In this document: one piece after another, positions 1 through 8,317 of the stretch | Position numbering within the stretch: position 1 is the first letter of the stretch | Layout of the letters: every line of letters begins with the position of its first letter | Assembly: GCF_000148385.1 (NCBI RefSeq) | Contig: NC_014537.1 | Location: forward strand, 480,001-512,000 | Origin: Vulcanisaeta distributa DSM 14429 | GTDB lineage: Archaea > Thermoproteota > Thermoprotei > Thermoproteales > Thermocladiaceae | Direction of reading: 5' to 3' | Length of the DNA stretch: 32,000 nt | The notes under the pieces: generated by a model | What the model saw: the letters and a program-made list of their open reading frames with translations, nothing else | The model's database searches: none | What the model was told of the DNA's origin: nothing | Position numbers and translations under genes: made by a program

Positions 1-1
1 G

Positions 2-904
2 GGTACGTGGTTCATTGAGTTTAATACGCCATTTAGTTACCATGTTAGGGGTATTAGGAGGGTTTTGTATAGTGGCGTGACTAAGTATCAGAGGGTTGCC
101 ATTGTCGAGTTTGAGGACTTGGGTAAGGCGTTGGTGCTTGATGGTAAGATACAGAGTTCATTATATGATGAGTTTGTTTACCACGAATCGCTCGTTCACC
201 CAGCAATGATTACTCATCCAAATCCAAGGAGGGTGCTTATTCTCGGTGGTGGTGAGGGTGCTACGGCGAGGGAAGTACTTAAGCATAGGAGTGTTGAGAA
301 GGTGATCATGGTTGATATTGATGATGAAGTAGTCAGACTCGTTAAGGAGTACCTACCTGAGATGAGCCAGGGTGTATTTGACAATCCAAGGTTTAAGCTC
401 ATACTTCAGGATGGTAGGAAGTTCCTTGAGGAGTCAGGGGATAAGTACGACGTGATAATACTAGACCTGACAGACCCACTTGAGGGTGGGCCATCATACC
501 TACTATATACCATTGAGTTTTACAGCATTGTTAGGGATAGGCTGAGTGATGATGGTATAATGGTGACCCAGGCAACATCAACCTCATACTCATTAAGGAC
601 ATTCGCAACGATCTATAGGACCGTAGCCTCGGTATTTCCAATAACCAGGGCTTACCAGGTCTATATGCATTCGTACGACAGTACGTGGGGTTTCGTAATC
701 GGGTCTAAGAAATACGACCCAGCAATACTAACGCCAGACGAAGTTAATAATAGAATTAGGGAGAGAATAAGTGGTGAACTTAAGTTCTACGAGGGTGATA
801 TACATAGGGCAATTTTCGTATTGCCAAAGCATATAAGGGCTGTATTGAGCGATGAGTCGATAAAGCCTGCAACGGATAAGAACCCAACATTCCTACCAGC
901 ATGA
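2..904 (+). CDS. speE: Spermidine synthase / polyamine aminopropyltransferase, 5' end runs off the window
   Basis: Aminopropyltransferase core motifs are present: VLILGGGEGATAREVLKH, VIMVDIDDEVV, DVIILDLTDP. The same frame stays open back to nt 2 (GTWFIEFNTPFSYHVRGIRRV...), so the TTG at 65 is probably not the true start and the window edge truncates the gene. Confidence 0.9.
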   Translation, partial: GTWFIEFNTPFSYHVRGIRRVLYSGVTKYQRVAIVEFEDLGKALVLDGKIQSSLYDEFVYHESLVHPAMITHPNPRRVLILGGGEGATAREVLKHRSVEKVIMVDIDDEVVRLVKEYLPEMSQGVFDNPRFKLILQDGRKFLEESGDKYDVIILDLTDPLEGGPSYLLYTIEFYSIVRDRLSDDGIMVTQATSTSYSLRTFATIYRTVASVFPITRAYQVYMHSYDSTWGFVIGSKKYDPAILTPDEVNNRIRERISGELKFYEGDIHRAIFVLPKHIRAVLSDESIKPATDKNPTFLPA

Positions 905-978
905 TCATTTAAGTATTTTATTAAAAATTCTATGTTAATGTTAATTTGTTAGTAAAAAATTTAAGAATTCCACAATAA

Positions 979-992
979 AATTTATTAATATA
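979..992 (+). promoter_or_regulatory. TATA-like box (TTTATTAATA) centred about 25 nt upstream of ATG 1011
   Basis: AT-rich box at 981-990 in an AT-rich spacer. The spacing fits an archaeal promoter driving a leaderless or near-leaderless mRNA. The whole spacer is AT-rich, so exact placement is uncertain. Confidence 0.4.
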
Positions 993-1010
993 TTCTAATA
1001 ATGAATACAT

Positions 1011-2342
1011 ATGAGCAGTGAGGATGTTAGTAAGGTCGTTCGTGAGCACTTATTCGGCACTTGGCGTAGGCAGAGGGGTTGGGAGCCTATGAATATCGTT
1101 AAGGCTGAGGGCGTGTATTTCTATGATTCACAGGGTAAGAGGTACCTGGACTTCTCATCGCAGCTTGTCAATGTTAATCTTGGTTATGGTAATGAGAACG
1201 TGATTAATGTGATCAAGAGGCAATTAGAGGCGCTGCAGTACATATCGCCTGCCTTCGCGACTGAGGCGAGGGCTAGGGCTGCCAGGGCGTTGCTTGGGAT
1301 AATGCCTGAGGGCTTAACTAAGTTCTTCTTTTCAACGTCCGGCACTGAGGCCAACGAAGCCGCTGTTAAGATTGCCAGGCTCTTTAAGAGGCCCGCCTAT
1401 AAGATAATTGTTAGGTATAGGTCGTATCACGGCTCCACATTTGCGTCAATATCCATGACGGGCGACTATAGGCGTTGGTTCATTGAGCCACACACCATGC
1501 ATGGCGTTGTCAGGGTGCCCGAGCCGTACTGCTATAGGTGCCCACTCGGCCTTAAGTACCCTGAATGCGGCTTGGCCTGTGTCAATTACGTGGATTACGT
1601 CATTAAGAATGAGAGGAATGTGGCCGCGATACTCATCGAACCAATCACAGGTACCAACGGTGTTGTTGTGCCACCCAAGGAGTACCTACCAACACTTAGG
1701 AGGATTGCTGAGGAGAATGATGTCTTGTTCATTGCTGATGAGGTCATGACTGGGTGGGGCCGTGTCGGTGACTGGTGGGCGGTGAATCTGTGGGGTGTTA
1801 GGCCGGACATACTAACAACGGCTAAGGGTGCGTCGGCCTCATACGTACCCATCGGGATAACGGCGGTGAGTAGGAAGATCGCGGATTACTTTGAGGATGA
1901 GTTCTTCGCGCATGGCCATACATTTGAGGCCCACCCTGTCTCCCTTGCGGCGATACCAGCGGTTATTGAGGAGTACAGGAGGCTTGACTTACTGAGTCAT
2001 GTTAGGGCAATGGGTGAGTACCTTGCGAAGAGGCTTGAGGAGTTGAAGGAGAGGCACAGGAGTATTGGTGACGTTAGGGGTGTTGGTTTGTTCTGGGCCA
2101 TTGAGTTCATTAAGGATAGTAGGAAGACCCCATTCGGTACGTATGAGGATAAGTACAGGGGCGTGGCTACGCCAGTTGATAAAGTTGCTGCTGAGCTACT
2201 TAGCATGGGTGTTTATGTGTTTAATGGGCCGTCCTGGTTCATAATTGCACCACCATTAGTAATAACCAGGGAGCAGATTGATGAGGGTATTGAGAAGATT
2301 GATCAAGCCATTAAGAGACTTGATGAGCAATACCAGGGTTAA
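1011..2342 (+). CDS. Class III (omega-type) PLP-dependent aminotransferase
   Basis: 443 aa. Motifs: STSGTEANEAAVKIAR, FIADEVMTGWGRVG and TTAKGASASYVPIG (candidate Schiff-base Lys). Substrate cannot be assigned from sequence alone. Confidence 0.85.
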   Translation: MSSEDVSKVVREHLFGTWRRQRGWEPMNIVKAEGVYFYDSQGKRYLDFSSQLVNVNLGYGNENVINVIKRQLEALQYISPAFATEARARAARALLGIMPEGLTKFFFSTSGTEANEAAVKIARLFKRPAYKIIVRYRSYHGSTFASISMTGDYRRWFIEPHTMHGVVRVPEPYCYRCPLGLKYPECGLACVNYVDYVIKNERNVAAILIEPITGTNGVVVPPKEYLPTLRRIAEENDVLFIADEVMTGWGRVGDWWAVNLWGVRPDILTTAKGASASYVPIGITAVSRKIADYFEDEFFAHGHTFEAHPVSLAAIPAVIEEYRRLDLLSHVRAMGEYLAKRLEELKERHRSIGDVRGVGLFWAIEFIKDSRKTPFGTYEDKYRGVATPVDKVAAELLSMGVYVFNGPSWFIIAPPLVITREQIDEGIEKIDQAIKRLDEQYQG

Positions 2343-2356
2343 TTCATAATAAGGAA

Positions 2357-3217
2357 TTAGTTTAACTTCCTGCCAATAATTAGGAATGTGGTGGCTACGT
2401 ACTTAAATGGAGTACGCCTACTCAGCACTTTATCGAATGTGTATAGTAATGATGCAACCCTCGCAATTTTACCATTACCCCATTGATGTATCCTGGATGG
2501 GATTATATTCGATAATACATGAATACCCTTAAGATCCACCACCTCAAACCCATAACTACCCAATATACTCAGTATTTCCTTAATCGTGAAGAACCTAAGT
2601 GGAACTGCCTCATTGCCGTGGCCATACCAATAACCCACATGCCCCCTACCACTGATTAATCCCCTGAGGAAACCCCTTATTGACACACCACCAAGTAATG
2701 CCTCATAGGCCATGTCGGGGCAGATTAGGTTATCCACATCAAATAGTAAATAACCACCGCTACTTAAAACCCTGGAGACCTCCCTGAATGCATCCTCGGA
2801 TTTCACGATGTGATTAAAGACGCTGCCGTAGGCAATAACGGCATCGAAGTAGCCATCCCTAAAGGGCAGTTTAATGGCGTCTCCCTGCACGGGGTCGCTG
2901 CACCTCCTTGACCTGGTGCACTTAATGAGTGATGCGCGGGATATGTCTAAGCTGACCACGTGATATCCACGTTTCCTGAGGAGCATTGTCCAAACGCCAG
3001 TACCGCTACCTAGGTCAAGAACCTTACTATGTATCTTAACCCCATCGAAGTAATCCCTAAAGATCTCATACAACTCATTATACACATGCCTATAATACTG
3101 GGAGAGCCTAAGGAAGACTCTTTCATAGATGGGGGCTAATTCGTCATAGACTGTGCTTATTATTGATTCGTAACTAGATGATTGGTCGTCACCCTCCACC
3201 TTAACCTCCCGATTCAT
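2357..3217 (-). CDS. Class I SAM-dependent methyltransferase
   Basis: Motif I VLDLGSGTGVWT, then DISRAS and FDAVIAYGSVFNH, then GGYLLFDV. This is the typical Rossmann-fold MTase order. Confidence 0.8.
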   Translation of the reverse strand: MNREVKVEGDDQSSSYESIISTVYDELAPIYERVFLRLSQYYRHVYNELYEIFRDYFDGVKIHSKVLDLGSGTGVWTMLLRKRGYHVVSLDISRASLIKCTRSRRCSDPVQGDAIKLPFRDGYFDAVIAYGSVFNHIVKSEDAFREVSRVLSSGGYLLFDVDNLICPDMAYEALLGGVSIRGFLRGLISGRGHVGYWYGHGNEAVPLRFFTIKEILSILGSYGFEVVDLKGIHVLSNIIPSRIHQWGNGKIARVASLLYTFDKVLSRRTPFKYVATTFLIIGRKLN

Positions 3218-3345
3218 AATTAGATGCTCCCGGCTTAATAAAGTCTTCTACCGCGTAAATATAGTATATATCCCATGTTTTCTATAACTATTTTGTAAAA
3301 TGTAAATTGAAGGGACTACATTGCGTGATGGTTCATAGAAATAAA

Positions 3346-3359
3346 AATTTTATAAATTA
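3346..3359 (+). promoter_or_regulatory. TATA-like box (TTTTATAAATT) centred about 26 nt upstream of ATG 3379
   Basis: Box at 3348-3358 with spacing that suggests a leaderless transcript. Confidence 0.45.
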
Positions 3360-3378
3360 ACGATTTAGTAAGACCGCA

Positions 3379-4137
3379 ATGTCGCAAGGTACCATTGAGG
3401 AGAGGGTTAAGAGGGGTTTATTGCTTGTTAATGCCTGCGATAGTAACCGAATAACATGTAGGTTGCTTGGTGGTGTGGCCGTGGTTTACCTAGTACGTGA
3501 TATATACGCTGAGGTTCCCATGCTTTTACGTGAGCCTAAGGATATCGATATAGCGGCGCATAGGAGGGACTCAGGGAGGATTACGAGGATTTTTGAGGGA
3601 CTTGGTTTAAGGGCTGATGTTAGGTTTAATGCGCTTCATGGTGCTGAGAGGCTTAGGTTCTTCGATACGCAAATGAATACGAGGGTTGACGTTTTCCTCG
3701 ACATTTTTAGGGAGAGCCACGTAATAGAGCTTAAGGATAGGCTTGAGAGGTTCAGTCCAACAATACCACCAAGCGACCTACTAATGACTAAGTTCCAGAT
3801 TTGGGAGATTAATGAGAAGGATCTCAGGGACATCGTGGCCATGCTCTACAAGTTCGAGCTGGGCGATAGGGATGACACTGGCACCATAGACCTAGGCAGA
3901 ATAATAGAGCTGACCTCAGACGACTGGGGACTCTACAAGACGACCACGGTAAACATAGAGAGAACATTAAATTACCTAAACACTATTGAGTTGCCAGGGA
4001 AGGTCAAGGACAAGGTCGTAAACAGCCTGAATAGGATTAGGGAAGCCATGGACAGGGCACCAAAGAGCATGAAGTGGAGGATGAGGGCAGCCATTGGGGA
4101 GAGGGTTAGGTGGTACGAAACACCTGAGGAGGCTTGA
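3379..4137 (+). CDS. Putative nucleotidyltransferase-fold protein, uncharacterised family
   Basis: 252 aa. N-terminal pattern LLGGVAVVY...(20 aa)...PKDIDIAAH...RVDVFLD resembles the G[GS]-x-DxD...D catalytic layout of pol-beta-fold NTases (NTP_transf_5 / AbiEii-like). Based on motif-level resemblance only. Confidence 0.45.
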   Translation: MSQGTIEERVKRGLLLVNACDSNRITCRLLGGVAVVYLVRDIYAEVPMLLREPKDIDIAAHRRDSGRITRIFEGLGLRADVRFNALHGAERLRFFDTQMNTRVDVFLDIFRESHVIELKDRLERFSPTIPPSDLLMTKFQIWEINEKDLRDIVAMLYKFELGDRDDTGTIDLGRIIELTSDDWGLYKTTTVNIERTLNYLNTIELPGKVKDKVVNSLNRIREAMDRAPKSMKWRMRAAIGERVRWYETPEEA

Positions 4138-4160
4138 ACATTCAATGCAATGCCACCTCC

Positions 4161-5384
4161 TTATCTATGCCCTCCCGTCACTTCATCAATAACGTCCTCT
4201 GGGTTAATATCAACTGTGGACTTGTCAATCATGGCCTTCAAAGCCCAGTAGTAGGCAGGTAATTGGTACGCAAAATCACTATCAACCCAGGGTTCCCTTG
4301 GCAATTCTGATAGTACTGTCCCATAGATGTCAATGAGGATGTTCATACGCATTAGGTAATCTCCACCAAGGTGTAGATAGGCATTCCTGGGGCTTGGGTC
4401 AATGGCCCTACTTAATAACGCATTCACTTCGAGACTCCTAATCCTTACTTCATGGATAATGACGTCCCTTACCTTCCTAATTACCGTGCTTGATAACCAG
4501 GCATTCACGTCCCAACCATACCTAAGCACAAGCATTGCAAGCTCCCTAATATTACCACCAAGTAACTGCCAAAGCACTTCAACATCAATGGGCTTGGATG
4601 GCGGCGCTCTCCGAGACACATCATTGATTATGCCGATAAACTCCTCCTTCGGCAGATACCAAAGCAGGAGACTATTAAGTCCACCCTTAGACCCGCCCCT
4701 CCTGGCTATATCCACGGCAACCCTATTACTAAAGCCGAAGATCACGACTAAACCCCTGACATTATCGTAAATAACGCTAGAGTGCTCCTCAATAGCCCCC
4801 GCGTAAGCCATGACCTCACCCTCAACAACGCCATAACCAACTTGCGCGTCATCACCCACATTAAGCATAGCCCTATAGCGCTTATCAAGCTCATCAAAGA
4901 CCAGCACAACGTACTTATCCCTCAATTCCCTCCTAACCTTCAACTCATTAATTAAATCATAGAAAAACCTGCTAATGCCAACAAGTAGGCCAGGCTCAGT
5001 TCCAGTAATTATCGGCATTATATTACTGTTAAACGCCTTAACCACCGCATTCCTAACATCACTCCCCAAGCCAATTGCGTAAGTCCTTAATGAATTCGCC
5101 AGGGTCCTCTCCTCAAGGTTTACATACATGGCAATAACATCATCCCTAACACCCCCAAGTGCTGCCGAGAAATTCCTTAGGAATGTTGATTTACCGCAAC
5201 CCAATGGCCCATAAACAATCCCAACCCCACCCAACTCCCTAAGGAGCGCCTTAACCTCACGTTCACGATCTCTGAATATCATTGGAAATCCGCCGAGCTC
5301 CTCGACACCAAAGTAAGCACCACCCTCCTTAACCCTATTAATTAATTCATCAATATTAACACCAACGCTAAGCCTACTTGGCAT
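4161..5384 (-). CDS. Archaeal-ATPase-family P-loop NTPase (Arch_ATPase/PF01637-like)
   Basis: 407 aa. Walker A is YGPLGCGKSTFL and Walker B is VVLVFDELD. The helical C-terminal half matches the layout of the expanded crenarchaeal archaeal ATPase family. Confidence 0.8.
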   Translation of the reverse strand: MPSRLSVGVNIDELINRVKEGGAYFGVEELGGFPMIFRDREREVKALLRELGGVGIVYGPLGCGKSTFLRNFSAALGGVRDDVIAMYVNLEERTLANSLRTYAIGLGSDVRNAVVKAFNSNIMPIITGTEPGLLVGISRFFYDLINELKVRRELRDKYVVLVFDELDKRYRAMLNVGDDAQVGYGVVEGEVMAYAGAIEEHSSVIYDNVRGLVVIFGFSNRVAVDIARRGGSKGGLNSLLLWYLPKEEFIGIINDVSRRAPPSKPIDVEVLWQLLGGNIRELAMLVLRYGWDVNAWLSSTVIRKVRDVIIHEVRIRSLEVNALLSRAIDPSPRNAYLHLGGDYLMRMNILIDIYGTVLSELPREPWVDSDFAYQLPAYYWALKAMIDKSTVDINPEDVIDEVTGGHR

Positions 5385-5501
5385 TAATAATGCATTAATC
5401 CAAAGCCCTATTTAGTTTTAACAACGCCGCCCAGCATCATTAATTACACCTGCATCGCGGCCCACAGTGGTAATTCCATAATTATAATACCATCAAGGAT
5501 A

Positions 5502-5870
5502 GTGGCTCAGGAGGATAGGGCATGTAGTATTGAGAGGTTGTTACTACGCTTCCTCACTTATGACGAGGTTGGGTTAACCACGTTGTATGGTAATACGAGG
5601 ATTTTCATAATGGGTATACCAGTTATCGAGGGGTTCATCGGCAGTAATAGGGTTTTCCTGTCCAGCCAGGAATTCATAGTTAACATTACTAGGGTTGGTA
5701 ATTACGTAATTGCCTACGTAAGTGGCATTGAATTAACGATGAATGTGGAGTCAATGAGTGTGAAGACCGGGATCGCGCATTTGGTTGGTACCATAACCGT
5801 GCAGTATTACTACTCGACGAATATTAACGAGACTAATACAATAATCATAAGGTTAACGCCAAGGCAGTAA
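5502..5870 (+). CDS. Hypothetical protein
   Basis: 122-codon ORF with a GTG start and no recognisable motif. It ends 1 nt before the convergent HEPN gene. An AT-rich box at 5478-5488 lies upstream. Coding status is unproven. Confidence 0.35.
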   Translation: MAQEDRACSIERLLLRFLTYDEVGLTTLYGNTRIFIMGIPVIEGFIGSNRVFLSSQEFIVNITRVGNYVIAYVSGIELTMNVESMSVKTGIAHLVGTITVQYYYSTNINETNTIIIRLTPRQ

Positions 5871-5871
5871 C

Positions 5872-6315
5872 CTAAACATCAATATTATTACTCACGGCAT
5901 AATCAAACAACTTAATGGCAATCCTCAGTAAATCCCTATACAATGCCCTGGCCAGGATTTCGCGGAGGACATCGATAGAGACCTGCGAGTAATTATGCAC
6001 TAGGACATTCCTGAAGCCTATCATTCTTCTAAAGATCCTCGAGTCATCACTATTTATAGCACCGGCTTGGCTCAGGTAAATGGGTACCTCCGAGTACGTT
6101 GATGGCGCCTTAAGCCCTCTCTCAACCATTATGTGCGAGCCCATGTCGATTAATGCCTGTATTGCGACCTGTAACATATGTAACACGGCGTTCAGCAGCA
6201 CATAATCATTAAGTAACTCATCAGTGCCGTACCTAGAGGCCAGGGTGTCAACCTCCTCAACATTCCTCTTAATAATCGCCAACAAATCACTTAATCGACC
6301 CACGCAGCCCACCAA
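5872..6315 (-). CDS. hepT: HEPN-domain toxin, DUF86/HepT type
   Basis: 147 aa. Carries the Rx4H motif in the DUF86 context (GFRNVLVHNY). It lies directly downstream of, and overlaps, a minimal nucleotidyltransferase gene on the same strand. Confidence 0.8.
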   Translation of the reverse strand: MVGCVGRLSDLLAIIKRNVEEVDTLASRYGTDELLNDYVLLNAVLHMLQVAIQALIDMGSHIMVERGLKAPSTYSEVPIYLSQAGAINSDDSRIFRRMIGFRNVLVHNYSQVSIDVLREILARALYRDLLRIAIKLFDYAVSNNIDV

Positions 6316-6751
6316 TCCTCCTCTTAATCAACTCATTAAATCCATTAACCCTCAAAAATACTTGGTAATCACCGTAGAGACTAATTGCCCTAACAACCTC
6401 CCTAATGAATACCCCACGGTCACCAATGTAGACGGGCACACCCTGAGCCAAAGCCCTAAACCTAACCTCAAAGGGCAGTAGTGGGTCATTAAGTACGGCA
6501 ACGTCAACCCTATCCTCAGGAACACCCAATGCCAGGGCGAGGTCGCTGATTAACATGGGTAATACATCGACAATGTCAACGCCATCCCTAAACAACACCG
6601 CAACATCCACATCACTAAGGGGACCAAACACACCATAAACCAGTGAGCCGTAAAGCACGGCAAACTGAATAAAATCCTTATAATTATTATTAATAATTAT
6701 ATCCCTAACAACACCCAACACCCTAAGGCACTGCTCACTACATGCACCCAT
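6287..6751 (-). CDS. mntA: Minimal nucleotidyltransferase, MntA-type antitoxin
   Basis: 154 aa. Carries the GS-x(n)-DxD signature YGSLVYGVFGPLSDVDVAVLF. It is upstream of the cognate HEPN gene and overlaps it by up to 29 nt, depending on which hepT start is used. Confidence 0.8.
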   Translation of the reverse strand: MGACSEQCLRVLGVVRDIIINNNYKDFIQFAVLYGSLVYGVFGPLSDVDVAVLFRDGVDIVDVLPMLISDLALALGVPEDRVDVAVLNDPLLPFEVRFRALAQGVPVYIGDRGVFIREVVRAISLYGDYQVFLRVNGFNELIKRRIGGLRGSIK

Positions 6752-6771
6752 TTAAAATCAGGAGTGATAGC

Positions 6772-6783
6772 TGATTTAAAAGG
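6772..6783 (-). promoter_or_regulatory. TATA-like box (TTTTAAATC on the minus strand) about 26 nt upstream of mntA ATG 6751
   Basis: The plus-strand sequence GATTTAAAA at 6773-6781 reads TTTTAAATC on the minus strand. Spacing is consistent with a leaderless mntA-hepT transcript. Confidence 0.4.
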
Positions 6784-6845
6784 ACTTATGGCTAAGTGAG
6801 CATAAATGTATAAAGAATTTAAGAATACCCAAGGAATTACTCAAA

Positions 6846-8303
6846 ATGGTTGGGCGAATCAATACCAAGGCATTGCTAATAATGATCATTATAGCGTTAG
6901 TAATTACCGATGCATACTTAATATACACGTACTTACTGGCACCACCATTACCCTACGTAAAGGTGCTTGGTTATTATGGTGATTATGACGTAGCCAGCGT
7001 GTATAAAGGCATACTGGTTCTTTATGAGGTATCGTTGGCTTCAATAAACCTTAAGGGAGTGAATATAACCAGTGGTAGGTATGTTTGGATGGATACCATC
7101 TACATACCAGGTCTCCTTCCGTTAATACGCTTCATACCAATTGGTAATAAGTTGTTCGTCGCGACGTATAGTCTTTATGGGGGTATACATGATGATCAGG
7201 AATCGCCGATTGTGGCTAACGTAACCATGATTAACATATTTACGGGAAAGATCATTAACTATACAGTACTGGTGGCAGTATCATCAACGAGGTATTACAT
7301 GGCTATGGATGCCATAGGTGAAGATGTGTATGTGGTGATAATACCATTGAGCGATCCGTTAAGGCCTGTGAATACCACGATAATTGACCTCAGGTTGTTA
7401 GGCAGGGAACCATATGGTGTTGAGGTTTGGCGTACTGAGGTTGTTAATTCCTGTATACCACTCTCAATAGTTGCAATGGGAATTAAGAGATTTGGTAACT
7501 ACGTCCTAGTAACAGTATCGTGCAATAATAAACCCCTCACATACGTGTTGAATGCAAGTAATGGTAAGTTAATGCTAAGGGCTGACGTGGGCTCAGACGT
7601 GTACGGCATTGCTGGAGACACGTTGATTTACCAGTGCGGAGGTAAAATTTGTGGGTTAGACTTCATTAGCAATAGAACGTGGGTACTACCAATAATTGGC
7701 AGCGTAACATCAGTAACAGTCAGTGGAGATAAGGCCCTGGTACTGACAACCACGGGGTACACAATATGGGCCTACGGCATTTCAAGCAACGGCTCATTAC
7801 TATTTCGCAGGGAATTATGGACATACACAGCGCCACTAATGCTATGCTCGGTGGGGCTTAGGTACACATTCATGGCTAAGTCATACCCAATCAGGGACTA
7901 CGCACTAATAATCATACTCCCCGAGGGAATATGGTACATCAGCGGCGGAGGATTCGGCTGCATGCCTCAATCAATAGTGATCCTAAACCTAAGCAATGGC
8001 CATGTAGTAATAAGCGTTACTAAACCCGCCTGGATCGCGTACCTATACGCATACCCATACTCATTTAACAATCTCTGGCAAGCACTGGATATTAATTACC
8101 TAAGCAATGACTACGTGGTATACTCAATAAACAACGCCCCAAACTCACGCACATTCCACCACCAATACAACTACTACCTAACAACACCCAAAGCCATAAC
8201 CAACGAATGGTGGTACTACCTAATAAACGACACACCATACATTGCGCTCGCCACAACCGCACTACTGATTGCATTGGCAATCTTTTATAAGAAACTGCAC
8301 TAG
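6846..8303 (+). CDS. Predicted surface glycoprotein, paralog A: class-III-like signal, beta-propeller-like repeats, C-terminal TM anchor
   Basis: 485 aa. N-terminus is MVGRINTKA|LLIMIIIALVI. There are many N-x-S/T sequons and recurrent x-NG/TGK-x motifs (SGRYVWM, TGKIINY, SNGKLMLR, SNGSLLFRRELW, SNGHVVIS). The C-terminus is WWYYLINDTPY followed by a hydrophobic helix and KKLH. It aligns along its full length with the next gene. Confidence 0.75.
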   Translation: MVGRINTKALLIMIIIALVITDAYLIYTYLLAPPLPYVKVLGYYGDYDVASVYKGILVLYEVSLASINLKGVNITSGRYVWMDTIYIPGLLPLIRFIPIGNKLFVATYSLYGGIHDDQESPIVANVTMINIFTGKIINYTVLVAVSSTRYYMAMDAIGEDVYVVIIPLSDPLRPVNTTIIDLRLLGREPYGVEVWRTEVVNSCIPLSIVAMGIKRFGNYVLVTVSCNNKPLTYVLNASNGKLMLRADVGSDVYGIAGDTLIYQCGGKICGLDFISNRTWVLPIIGSVTSVTVSGDKALVLTTTGYTIWAYGISSNGSLLFRRELWTYTAPLMLCSVGLRYTFMAKSYPIRDYALIIILPEGIWYISGGGFGCMPQSIVILNLSNGHVVISVTKPAWIAYLYAYPYSFNNLWQALDINYLSNDYVVYSINNAPNSRTFHHQYNYYLTTPKAITNEWWYYLINDTPYIALATTALLIALAIFYKKLH

Positions 8304-8317
8304 CAAGTAATTTATTA

